Assembly (NCBI GenBank): GCA_040905565.1
Contig: JBBDRF010000012.1
Span: forward strand, 64,001-128,000
Direction: 5' to 3'
DNA length: 64,000 bases
Origin: Phycisphaeraceae bacterium
Lineage (GTDB): Bacteria > Planctomycetota > Phycisphaerae > Phycisphaerales > Zrk34
In this document: piece by piece, positions 53,739-63,083 of the stretch
How the letters are laid out: the number at the start of each line of letters is the position of its first letter
How positions within the stretch are numbered: position 1 is the first letter of the stretch
The notes under the pieces: model-generated
What the model saw: only the letters and a program-made list of their open reading frames with translations
Databases searched by the model: none
What the model was told of the DNA's origin: nothing
Translations under genes and position numbers: made by a program

Positions 53739-54542
53739 ATGGACGATCACAAACACTACGCCATGGATTCGCGATTCGAGAAGTATCAATCCTTTTTCGA
53801 TCACAGGTGGGCCCGACACTTCAGCGAGGCCGCAGTTGGGAAGGGACTATCCGAGGCCTCATTCAATCTGCTTTTTTCGTGGAAGGCTGCAGCTAATGCG
53901 TTTCGCCTGCCGTGGTCGTCGGTCATGATGCTCAAAAATTTTGCCGAGGCCGCGATGATTCGCAAAACACCCCCTGAGGATTTGCTTGCCGCGCTTGCCG
54001 CTAAGGTCTCGCGCAATATGGATGGGAGTTGGACTACGCAGCACGCGGAAGCATTGCGTTCGGAAATAGCGGTTCTCAGTGATCAAATAAGCAGCGCGAT
54101 GGAGGCGGCGGCACCCTATGCATTCGATCCCGCGACCGCGTGGGAGGAATTGATCAAGGACCATGAATTTGCGATGAGCGTTATCGCTAACACTCGGAAC
54201 GCATACGTCGCGGTTTGGCAAGGCTATGAGAACTTCGTTGTGTGGTGCGTCCGGCACAAGACAGGGACGACAATCAGGATTGACCGCAACTTTCCAGGCC
54301 GATTGTGCAAAGCCTTCAATGTTGACATTGCAAGGCACTGCTGGATTGACGCGCGTCCTGAAGCGGCCCGTTTGATTCGAAACGCTATCGTTCACAATGG
54401 TGCGCGTGAAACTCCTCAGTTACAACGTATCGAGCACGATATTGCGGTGATCAATGGGGAGTTGCAAATCTGGCCCGATGACGTAGCGATTCTCTACAAC
54501 CACCTGCAGCAATGTGTCGATCAACTCGTCGATGGGATTTGA
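53739..54542 (+). CDS. Hypothetical protein with putative HEPN (RxxxxH) domain
   Basis: YENFV...IRNAIVHNG; visibly more A/T-ending codons than its neighbours. Confidence 0.6.
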   Translation: MDDHKHYAMDSRFEKYQSFFDHRWARHFSEAAVGKGLSEASFNLLFSWKAAANAFRLPWSSVMMLKNFAEAAMIRKTPPEDLLAALAAKVSRNMDGSWTTQHAEALRSEIAVLSDQISSAMEAAAPYAFDPATAWEELIKDHEFAMSVIANTRNAYVAVWQGYENFVVWCVRHKTGTTIRIDRNFPGRLCKAFNVDIARHCWIDARPEAARLIRNAIVHNGARETPQLQRIEHDIAVINGELQIWPDDVAILYNHLQQCVDQLVDGI

Positions 54543-54660
54543 TGGTAGATCGCGAACCTCGGACGTCATCCTGAACGGTGGACAGGGCGAAGGGGGCGGT
54601 GAAAGCATGCGCACGCGAAGCGTGCTTCGTGCCGGTGGGTGCCCATCTTGGGCCAGCCCC

Positions 54661-55110
54661 TCAAATTTTAAACGGTCCGCGGGGCTCATCGTCGTCGTCG
54701 GACTGATCGATCGTGCCTGCGGATTCGTCGGACGGGCTACAGGTGGGGGGGGTGGGATCGTTGGGGCCGCCGAAGAGGCCCGAGAGGCCGGGGATATCGA
54801 ACCCGCCGGCGGCTTTCTGCATTTCTTCCTGGAGCAGGCGCTGGACCTTTTCCATGCCGTCGTTGATGGCCGCGGCGATGAGTTCTTCGACAATGACCTT
54901 GTCGTCGCCGGCGATGCCCATCAGCAGGTTCTGATCGAGTTCGACCTTCATCGCCTGGCCCTTGCCGTTGAGCGTGACACGCACCGCGCCGCCGCCTGCT
55001 TCGCCCTCGACGGTGCGATTGGCGAGCTCTTCTTTGAGCTGCTCGGCCTTCTCTCGAATGGCGCCGGCGTTCTTCATCAGGTTGCCGAAGTTCTTGAACT
55101 GATCAAACAT
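54661..55110 (-). CDS. ybaB: YbaB/EbfC nucleoid-associated protein with acidic C-terminal tail
   Basis: VEGEAGGGAVRVTLNG, EELIAAAINDG; downstream of dnaX. Confidence 0.9.
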   Translation of the reverse strand: MFDQFKNFGNLMKNAGAIREKAEQLKEELANRTVEGEAGGGAVRVTLNGKGQAMKVELDQNLLMGIAGDDKVIVEELIAAAINDGMEKVQRLLQEEMQKAAGGFDIPGLSGLFGGPNDPTPPTCSPSDESAGTIDQSDDDDEPRGPFKI

Positions 55111-56700
55111 CGTTGAAATCCTCGTCGTCGTGGGTAAGCGTTGAGTCGTCTGTGTCGATTTCGCTGGGGGGCGCGGTGGGGGGGTGGAGAGGCGGACGGT
55201 CGCGGAGGTCGACGAGGCGGGCGTCGAAGGCGTCGGCGATCTCGCGGACCAGTGGCAGGTTCATGGCGGCGTCGCGCTGCTGCTGGGTCATGACCTGACG
55301 CCGCCGGGGCGAGGCTGACTCGGCAGCAGATGTCGATGGCCGGTTGGGGGCGGCAGGTTCGGTGAACGACCGCGTGGGACCGGTGTTTGCCGGGGCAGAC
55401 GAAGCGGTTGCCGATGCTGCGGGACGCCGTGCCGGAGCCGCAGTGGAGGCGGTGGGGGGACTGGGGGGGGGCGTCAGTTTTGGGCTAACGCCCCGCGTGC
55501 TTTTTTTGAGCCATCGCCTCCCACCCCCCCGGTCCCCCCGGCCCCCCCGGCCTTAAGCAGGGCGGCGACGTCGGCGAACTTCTCGCTCAGCGCCAGCCGC
55601 ACCAGGGCAGCATCGAGCAGGGCCCGAGGCGTGGCGGAGTTGCGCGATGTCCGCTGCAGGTTCTCCAGCAGCACGATCATGTGCACCAGCGCTTGCGTGT
55701 CGAACTTGGCCGCCTGTTCAGCTGCCTGCTTGCGGGAGGCGTCGTCCAGCTCGACCAGATCGCTGTCGGCACCGCAGGCGTCGACGAGCATGAGGCTGCG
55801 GAGGTGGTCGATCAGCACGACCAGCAGCTGGTCCTGCGCGATGCCTCGGCTGAGCAGGGCCTCGGCGTGAACGAGGGTGGCGGCGGCGTCGCCGGCGGCG
55901 AAGGCGTCGACCAGCTGGAAGATATGCTGACGGTCGGGCAGGCCCAGCATCCGCTCGAGCAGCTGCCCGGTGACAGGCGATTCGCCCGTCGCCAGAAGAC
56001 GATCGAGCAGCGAGAGGGCGTCGCGCATGGACCCGTTGCCGAGGCGGGCGACCTGGAACAGCACGCCGTCTTCCGCTTCGATATTTTCCTTGGCGATCAC
56101 TCCACGCAGATGCTCGACGATGCGGCCGGTCGGAATGTTCTTGAAATCGAACCGCTGACAGCGCGAGTGAATCGTCGGCAGCACCTTGTGCGGTTCGGTC
56201 GTGCAGAGGATGAACTTCAGATGCGAAGGCGGCTCTTCCATGATCTTCAGGAGCGTGTTGAACGCGTCCTTGGTGAGCATGTGCACTTCGTCGATGATGT
56301 AAACTTTGAAGCGGGCGTTGCCGGATGGCGCGAGGCCGGCGTTCGCGATGAGCTTGCGGGCATCGTCGACGCCCCGGTTCGAAGCACCGTCGATCTCGAT
56401 AACGTTCATGTCCTCGCCGCGCATGATGGCGTCGGCCATACGCTGCTGGACGTCCTCCGCAGGGTATTCCACGCCATCGGGCTTGGGGCAGTTGGCGACG
56501 GTGTCGGGGGCGTTGAGGGCGCGGGCGAAGATGCGGGCGAGGGAGGTTTTGCCCACGCCTCGCGTGCCGCTGAAGAGGTAGGCGTGATGCAGACGGTCCC
56601 GGGCGATGGCGGCCTTGAGCGTCTGCGCAATCGGCTCCTGGGCCACGACATCGTCGAAGCTTTGCGAGCGGTAACGGCGAGCGAGAGCGGTGTAGGACAT
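55103..56700 (-). CDS. dnaX: DNA polymerase III tau subunit (532 aa), predicted to be made by -1 frameshift at 55501-55507
   Basis: -1 frame checked codon by codon: open from the A7 run to TGA 55103-55105; encodes a Pro/Ala linker and PLVREIADAFDARLVD. Confidence 0.7.
55468..55522 (-). promoter_or_regulatory. Programmed -1 frameshift cassette
   Basis: mRNA: GGGAGG, 9 nt, A AAA AAA, GCACGC, then hairpin GGGGCGUUAG/cccaaaa/CUGACGCCCC. Confidence 0.75.
55474..56700 (-). CDS. dnaX: DNA polymerase III gamma-length product (408 aa, zero frame)
   Basis: MSYTALARRYR, GTRGVGKTS, EIDGASNRGVDD, IIDEVHML, SRCQ, GSMRDALSLLD. Confidence 0.93.
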   Translation of the reverse strand: MSYTALARRYRSQSFDDVVAQEPIAQTLKAAIARDRLHHAYLFSGTRGVGKTSLARIFARALNAPDTVANCPKPDGVEYPAEDVQQRMADAIMRGEDMNVIEIDGASNRGVDDARKLIANAGLAPSGNARFKVYIIDEVHMLTKDAFNTLLKIMEEPPSHLKFILCTTEPHKVLPTIHSRCQRFDFKNIPTGRIVEHLRGVIAKENIEAEDGVLFQVARLGNGSMRDALSLLDRLLATGESPVTGQLLERMLGLPDRQHIFQLVDAFAAGDAAATLVHAEALLSRGIAQDQLLVVLIDHLRSLMLVDACGADSDLVELDDASRKQAAEQAAKFDTQALVHMIVLLENLQRTSRNSATPRALLDAALVRLALSEKFADVAALLKAGGAGGTGGVGGDGSKKARGALAQN

Positions 56701-56795
56701 GGGAGGCTTCGCTTTTGAGCGGGGGCAACCCTCGTCCATCGGCGGCGGAAGGGCACGGCGCCCGCGCGGCAGGCGACGAAGGGCACAAAAACACA

Positions 56796-56919
56796 TCGGA
56801 TCGGCGAGCGACCAGGACACCAACGGCACCGGGCAACGGCCGCTTATGGCTGCTGCGATCAAGCCCTGACCAGGTTCACGGGCTACCCGTGCATCGGGCC
56901 CGGCCGCTCGCCGATCCGA
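56796..56919 (-). ncRNA. ffs: Small bacterial SRP RNA (4.5S)
   Basis: GUGAACCUGGUCAGG...AGCAGCC helix-8 core; long terminal helix UCGGAUCGGCGAGCG/CGCUCGCCGAUCCGA; located upstream of dnaX. Confidence 0.85.
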
Positions 56920-56978
56920 CGTGCGAGGCACATGATAGGGCCGATCGGGCGGATGGGCAAAGGGCGGGCCTGGGGCGG

Positions 56979-57063
56979 AATGCTCAAGCCCCAATGCCCA
57001 ATGCCCAATGCTCAAAGGCGGTACGGGTCCTGTTGAGCATTGGGCATTAGGGCATTGAGCATT
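56979..57063. repeat. Inverted pair of short heptamer tandem arrays, (AATGCYC)n and (GRGCATT)n
   Basis: AATGCTCAAGCCCCAATGCCCAATGCCCAATGCTCAA, 17-nt spacer, TTGAGCATTGGGCATTAGGGCATTGAGCATT. Confidence 0.8.
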
Positions 57064-57142
57064 TCACGGACTTGATGTTCGAGCCTTGGGGGCTTTTAAT
57101 GGTGGACTCAGACGCAAAGCCTTTTACGCCATGGAGCGTTCG

Positions 57143-57715
57143 ATGAACGACGCAGCCTCGACCGAAACCGCCCCCACCCACGACCATCCCACGCTCAAGC
57201 GCCTCAAGGATAAGTTCGCCGGCTCCGGGCTGCGGGCGGCACAGTTCCGCGAGCAGACCACGGTCGTCGTCCCTAAAGAGAAGCTGCACGAGCTTTTGCA
57301 GTTCCTCCGGGACGATCCCGAATCGCGCTACGACCTGCTCTCGGATGTCTGCGGCGTCGACTACCTTAACTACCCCGGTGCGGAGGGACGCTTCGGCGTC
57401 ATCTACAACCTCGTGTCCACGCAGTTCAATCGGCGGTTCTTTGTGAAGGTGCTGCTCGATGCGACGCTCGACACCAGCGGCATCGTCGACGATCCCGGGC
57501 TGCATATTCCGACGGCCACGGACCTCTGGCCCGGGGCTGAGTGGAACGAACGCGAAGTGTTCGACATGTTCGGCATCCGCTTCGATGGCCACCCCGATCT
57601 CCGCCGCATTCTGATGTGGGAAAGCTACCCCGCGCATCCGCTGCGGAAAGATTATCCCATCACCGGCCGCGGCGAACGCGAACAGTACCGCGTGCTGGAC
57701 CGCGACTCGGCCTGA
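57143..57715 (+). CDS. nuoC: NADH-quinone oxidoreductase subunit C
   Basis: LSDVCGVDY, WPGAEWNEREVFDMFGIRFDGHPDLRRILM, HPLRKDYP. Confidence 0.93.
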   Translation: MNDAASTETAPTHDHPTLKRLKDKFAGSGLRAAQFREQTTVVVPKEKLHELLQFLRDDPESRYDLLSDVCGVDYLNYPGAEGRFGVIYNLVSTQFNRRFFVKVLLDATLDTSGIVDDPGLHIPTATDLWPGAEWNEREVFDMFGIRFDGHPDLRRILMWESYPAHPLRKDYPITGRGEREQYRVLDRDSA

Positions 57716-57718
57716 GTT

Positions 57719-59560
57719 TCAGGGGCGAGACGTCGGTTGATCGTCGGGGGTGTTGACCGCTTCGTCGGGTATAGTGGCGGTGGGGCGGATTTCGCCGCTC
57801 GCCAGGCGTTTGCGGTAATCGGCCAGCATCTTGGCTGCGGTGCCGCTGAGCAGCACCATCACGATGATGTTGGGGAACGCGGCGGCGAAGAAGGTGATAT
57901 CGGCAAAGGCGACGATGTTGGCGACGCCGATCATCGGGCCCAGCAGCACCAGCAGCACGAAAAAGACGCGAAACGGCGTGACGGCACGCGGGCCGAGCAG
58001 GTATTCCGCCCCGCGGTCGCCGTAGTAGCTCCACGAGATCATCGTCGAGTAGGCGAACACCAGCACTGCGGGGACCAGGCAATAACCGAGCATCCAGTGC
58101 ACCTCAGCGAAGGCCGTCGCGGTCAGCACCGCCCCCTCAAGCGTGGTGCCGGGCTCGCCTTGAAGATGCACGGCGGTGATCAGAATCGTCAGGGCGGTCA
58201 TCGAGCAGATGACGATCGTGTCGATGAACGGCCCGAGCATAGCGACGAGGCCCTCGCGCACCGGCTCACGGGTTCTCGCAGCGGCGTGGGCGATGGCGGC
58301 GGAACCGATGCCCGCTTCGTTGGAGAACATGCCGCGGCGCATGCCCATGATCAGCACGCCGATGAACCCGCCGTAGATGGCGGGCCCGGTGAACGCCTCG
58401 GCGAAGATGCTGCCGATGAGGGCGGGGACGTCGGCGAGGTTCGCGAGGATGATCACCAGACAGACGGCGACATAGAAGACGCACATGGCGGGGACGATCT
58501 TGCTGGCGACGCTGCCGATGCGGCGGATGCCGCCGATGATCACGATACCGACGAGCAGGGCGAGGGCGACGCCGAACGTCCAGCGGACCTCCTGCCCCTG
58601 CAACGGTGAGATGACCGCTGCACTGATGCCGTAGCTGGTCTTCGTCTGGAACAGTGCGACGCCGAATGCTGCACAGATGATGAACACGGCATACGCAGCG
58701 GCCAATACCTTCGCTGTGGGCTTCCACGCACCGCCCCAGCTGCCGAGCCCGTCGGCGATGACCACCATCGGCCCGCCGAGCACGTGACCGTCTTTACCGA
58801 TGCGGCGATGCACCTGGCTGAGCGTGCATTCGCAGAACTTCATGCTCATGCCGAGGAACCCGCTCAGCCACATCCAGAATACGGCTCCGGGTCCGCCGGC
58901 TGCGATGGCGATGGCGACGCCTGCGATGTTGCCCAGCCCCAGCGTGGCCGATAGGGCGGAGCTGAGGGCCTGGAAGTGGGAGATTTCGCCTTTGTCGCGA
59001 GGGTCGTCGTACCTGCCCAGGGTGCAGGCGAGACCGTGGCCGAACATGCGTAGATGGACGAGGCCGAAGCGCAGCGTGAAAAACAGCCCGCCCGCCAGCA
59101 GCACGATGACGATGAAGGGGATGCCGCCTTGCCGTGAGCGGGCACCCTCGGTGACGGGGTCGATGCCGTTCGCCTCCAGGTAAGCCATCGCCGCCTGCTG
59201 CTTTGCGGCGGGGACGAGTACGGCACGGCCGTCGGACTCCTCCGTTTCATCGACCCACGTGACGATGTTCGCGCCGCCGTCGCTTGGCCGTCCGCTCAGT
59301 TCGGCCGCCACCGCCTCGGCTGAGGCTTCGTCGCCGTGATAGACCTCGACAGCTTGGCTGCGGAACAGCGGGACGGCGATGAAGTAATCCCAAAGGGGCC
59401 CAGAGATGTACGTGCCAAACCATGCGTCGATGCGATCGGCGGTGGTCGGCTGAGGCTCAGGAACCGCCTCGGCCTCGGCGGCAAAAACGGGGCCGCTCAG
59501 CGTTCCCACCAACATCAATAGTACCGCAAAGATCGACAAGAAACGGGAAGCGTGTCGCAT
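57719..59560 (-). CDS. Alanine/glycine:cation symporter (AGCS) with N-terminal extension
   Basis: GEISHFQAL, LGLGNIAGVA, GGPGAVFWMW, FSNEAGIGS, PFIDTIVICSMT, STMISWSYYG. Confidence 0.9.
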   Translation of the reverse strand: MRHASRFLSIFAVLLMLVGTLSGPVFAAEAEAVPEPQPTTADRIDAWFGTYISGPLWDYFIAVPLFRSQAVEVYHGDEASAEAVAAELSGRPSDGGANIVTWVDETEESDGRAVLVPAAKQQAAMAYLEANGIDPVTEGARSRQGGIPFIVIVLLAGGLFFTLRFGLVHLRMFGHGLACTLGRYDDPRDKGEISHFQALSSALSATLGLGNIAGVAIAIAAGGPGAVFWMWLSGFLGMSMKFCECTLSQVHRRIGKDGHVLGGPMVVIADGLGSWGGAWKPTAKVLAAAYAVFIICAAFGVALFQTKTSYGISAAVISPLQGQEVRWTFGVALALLVGIVIIGGIRRIGSVASKIVPAMCVFYVAVCLVIILANLADVPALIGSIFAEAFTGPAIYGGFIGVLIMGMRRGMFSNEAGIGSAAIAHAAARTREPVREGLVAMLGPFIDTIVICSMTALTILITAVHLQGEPGTTLEGAVLTATAFAEVHWMLGYCLVPAVLVFAYSTMISWSYYGDRGAEYLLGPRAVTPFRVFFVLLVLLGPMIGVANIVAFADITFFAAAFPNIIVMVLLSGTAAKMLADYRKRLASGEIRPTATIPDEAVNTPDDQPTSRP

Positions 59561-59677
59561 CACAACATCCTGCATAAGCGAAAATGAACAGCCGAATCGT
59601 CAGCTTAGCCTGTGCAGATGGCCGTCCCACGTCAAGGCGCAAAAGCCGATGGCCTGACGCCGTCGAAGTCAGGAACC

Positions 59678-59712
59678 AAAAAAAACGCCCCGACCATCAA
59701 AGGTCGGGGCGT
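59678..59712 (-). terminator. Intrinsic terminator of gap
   Basis: Minus strand ACGCCCCGACC-tttgat-GGTCGGGGCG followed by a T8 tract. Confidence 0.85.
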
Positions 59713-59782
59713 CGTCAAAATCTAGCTACCACGTTCGCCACGCACTTTCAGCACGCTTGGAACGGTGGGGGCAGGTGGGGTC

Positions 59783-60988
<1,206 letters not shown>

Positions 60989-61010
60989 TCACGTGGACAG
61001 GTGGGGCGGC

Positions 61011-61772
61011 TCAGTCCTGCGAGATGGTGATGGTCGAGACGTAGCGGTCGGCGGGGGTGAGCCGTTCCATGTAGTCCACGAAGGGGCGATACAGCCCCGG
61101 CTCGCGAACGGCACTGTAAACACGATGGACGCTGTCGATCCGGGCGACATTGTCCAGCGTCAGCGTGACATCCACCAGTTCGCCGTTTCGCACGATGTGA
61201 AGCGTCATCTCCTCGCCAGCTTCGTACTCCGCGAGGTAGTCACGAAACCGCTCGACGGTCAGATCGCTGGCGAAACGTGCCCCATCGAGCCCGATCACCA
61301 TATCGCCAGCATGGAGGTGGACGAAGGCGGGGAAGCCCGGGACGGTTTCGGTCAGCAGCACGGCAGGGCCATCAAGCTCGGAGAAGTCGTCCGCTTTGAG
61401 CACACGCTCCATGCCGCGCTCGCCGAGGTCGATGCCGAGGCCGCCTCGGCCGCGATCGAGCGGTGCGTCGATCGGGTTCAAATCGTGGTAGTAGCGGTGC
61501 ATGGCCACTTGTCGCAGGCGGTGGACCTGTTCGGGAATCTCAGCCTCGCCCAAAGCGGTCGTCAGCTGTTCCTCGGTCAGCGGCTCATAGGCCATGAGCG
61601 CCCGCGTGGCCTGCTCACGCGTGTCGTAATCGGCATCGGCGAGCTGGGCGACCAGTCGTTCGACGGAGGTTTGTGAAGGCGCAGCATCTTCCGCGAATGT
61701 GGGGGCTGCGGTCATCACGAAGGTCACAAGGACCGCAAGTCCGAGAGCCTTATCCCGAAGGTAATACGTCAT
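61011..61772 (-). CDS. Exported PDZ-domain protein with N-terminal HEAT-like helix pair
   Basis: Signal peptide, LVAQLADADYDTREQAT, GGLGI, GFPA..LHAGDMVIGLDG. Confidence 0.75.
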   Translation of the reverse strand: MTYYLRDKALGLAVLVTFVMTAAPTFAEDAAPSQTSVERLVAQLADADYDTREQATRALMAYEPLTEEQLTTALGEAEIPEQVHRLRQVAMHRYYHDLNPIDAPLDRGRGGLGIDLGERGMERVLKADDFSELDGPAVLLTETVPGFPAFVHLHAGDMVIGLDGARFASDLTVERFRDYLAEYEAGEEMTLHIVRNGELVDVTLTLDNVARIDSVHRVYSAVREPGLYRPFVDYMERLTPADRYVSTITISQD

Positions 61773-61859
61773 AAGCACCTCATGCGAAACCTCCGCATTG
61801 TAGCACACGCTGCGGTCGGGACGAACAACCGCTTGATTCACGGGCCAGCGGTGGGGGGG

Positions 61860-62984
61860 TCAGTTGAGCAGGTTCGCCAGGTCGTCGGCGTGTTCCTGAA
61901 GCCAGCGAACCTTGCGTTCGATCATCAGCATAAAGCCCACGCCGTTCATGCGGGCGAAGGAGCCGGTGGCGGCGACGGGGATCACGCTCTCGGCGATCAG
62001 GGCTTCGATCATCAGCCAGGGCACGACGCGCAGCTCGGATTTGCTGATCACGTTCACGCCGTCGTACCCGCGGAGGAAGCCTTTGAAGCGTTCTTCGTCG
62101 ATGCAATCGGGCCAGTGGGAGGCATCGTCGCCGCCGCCGAGGATGGAGAACTGGAGCGCGCCGTTGGCGACGTCGATCACACGCTGTTGCAGGCGGGCGG
62201 CGTCGTAGTCGATCACGCCCACCACGCGCGCCCGGCGGAAGAGCATGTTGCCCGGGTGCCAATCGCAATGGATGATCTGCATGGGCCAGTCGGTCAGGCC
62301 GATCTCGTTGGCGCGGGTGGCGGCTTCGTTGTAGCTGGTGTGGAGGAAACGGCAGACCTGCTCGATTTTCGCGCCGTTGGTTTCCCACTCGGGATCCATG
62401 CGTTCGAGGGTCTGCGTCACCTGCTGCATGGCGTTCTGCACGCCTCGCGAAGCATGGTATGACCCGCGCGGAGGTTCGTACTCGGGGTTGTAGGCCGAGG
62501 CGAGCTTGTGGAAGACGCCGAGCGTTTTGCCCGCATCCTGCGTGGCCTGGAGGGAGTTGTCGTAGCCGGTGCCGTTGATGAACTCGAAGACTTCGTAGAT
62601 GGCTCCCTTCCACTGAAGCATCGAGTTGTTGTCCCGGCGGGTGCCCACCAGGTGCGGCAGCGGGAACTGGCGCGAGGCCAGGTACAGCTGCAACGAATGA
62701 CAGAAGGCGACCTTGAACGGATCGTCCTTCCCACGCGCCCGGCGCTTGAGCAGATAAGTATCTTTTTCGGTGCGGAGCAGGGCTTTGGGAGCCCGGCGGG
62801 AGCCTCGGGGGTACTGCTGAATGGCTTCGATGACGCCGAGGTCGAAATGGCTGAGCACGATCGCCAGTTCGTCGGCGTTGAACCGTTCCCGCTCTTCGCT
62901 GGAGCCGAGCGCAGACATCTCAGCGCCGGCACTGCTGGTCACGACGGTGGCGGTACTCGTTTTGCCGGGGTCCATCTTTGACAT
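61860..62984 (-). CDS. APH / type II homoserine kinase-like phosphotransferase
   Basis: YLLKRR, IIHCDWHPGNMLF, IDYD. Confidence 0.82.
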   Translation of the reverse strand: MSKMDPGKTSTATVVTSSAGAEMSALGSSEERERFNADELAIVLSHFDLGVIEAIQQYPRGSRRAPKALLRTEKDTYLLKRRARGKDDPFKVAFCHSLQLYLASRQFPLPHLVGTRRDNNSMLQWKGAIYEVFEFINGTGYDNSLQATQDAGKTLGVFHKLASAYNPEYEPPRGSYHASRGVQNAMQQVTQTLERMDPEWETNGAKIEQVCRFLHTSYNEAATRANEIGLTDWPMQIIHCDWHPGNMLFRRARVVGVIDYDAARLQQRVIDVANGALQFSILGGGDDASHWPDCIDEERFKGFLRGYDGVNVISKSELRVVPWLMIEALIAESVIPVAATGSFARMNGVGFMLMIERKVRWLQEHADDLANLLN

Positions 62985-63083
62985 CTCAGTCACGCGTCCA
63001 GCTGAATGATCGCATAGCCGTGAACCAGACCGTACCACGCAAACCCACCGCCCCCAGCATGCCTTCGCCCAGAAGCGGAGGGG

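Noticed and set aside
55103..55291. 62-aa ORF as an independent gene
   Set aside because: Better explained as the C-terminus of frameshifted DnaX, since the frame stays open upstream to the slippery site.
56701..57015. N-terminal extension of dnaX in the ORF track
   Set aside because: It overlaps the SRP RNA and heptamer repeats; the conserved start is MSYTALARRYR at 56700.
56979..57063. Repeats as a CRISPR array
   Set aside because: 7-bp tandem units with no unique spacers and no cas genes.
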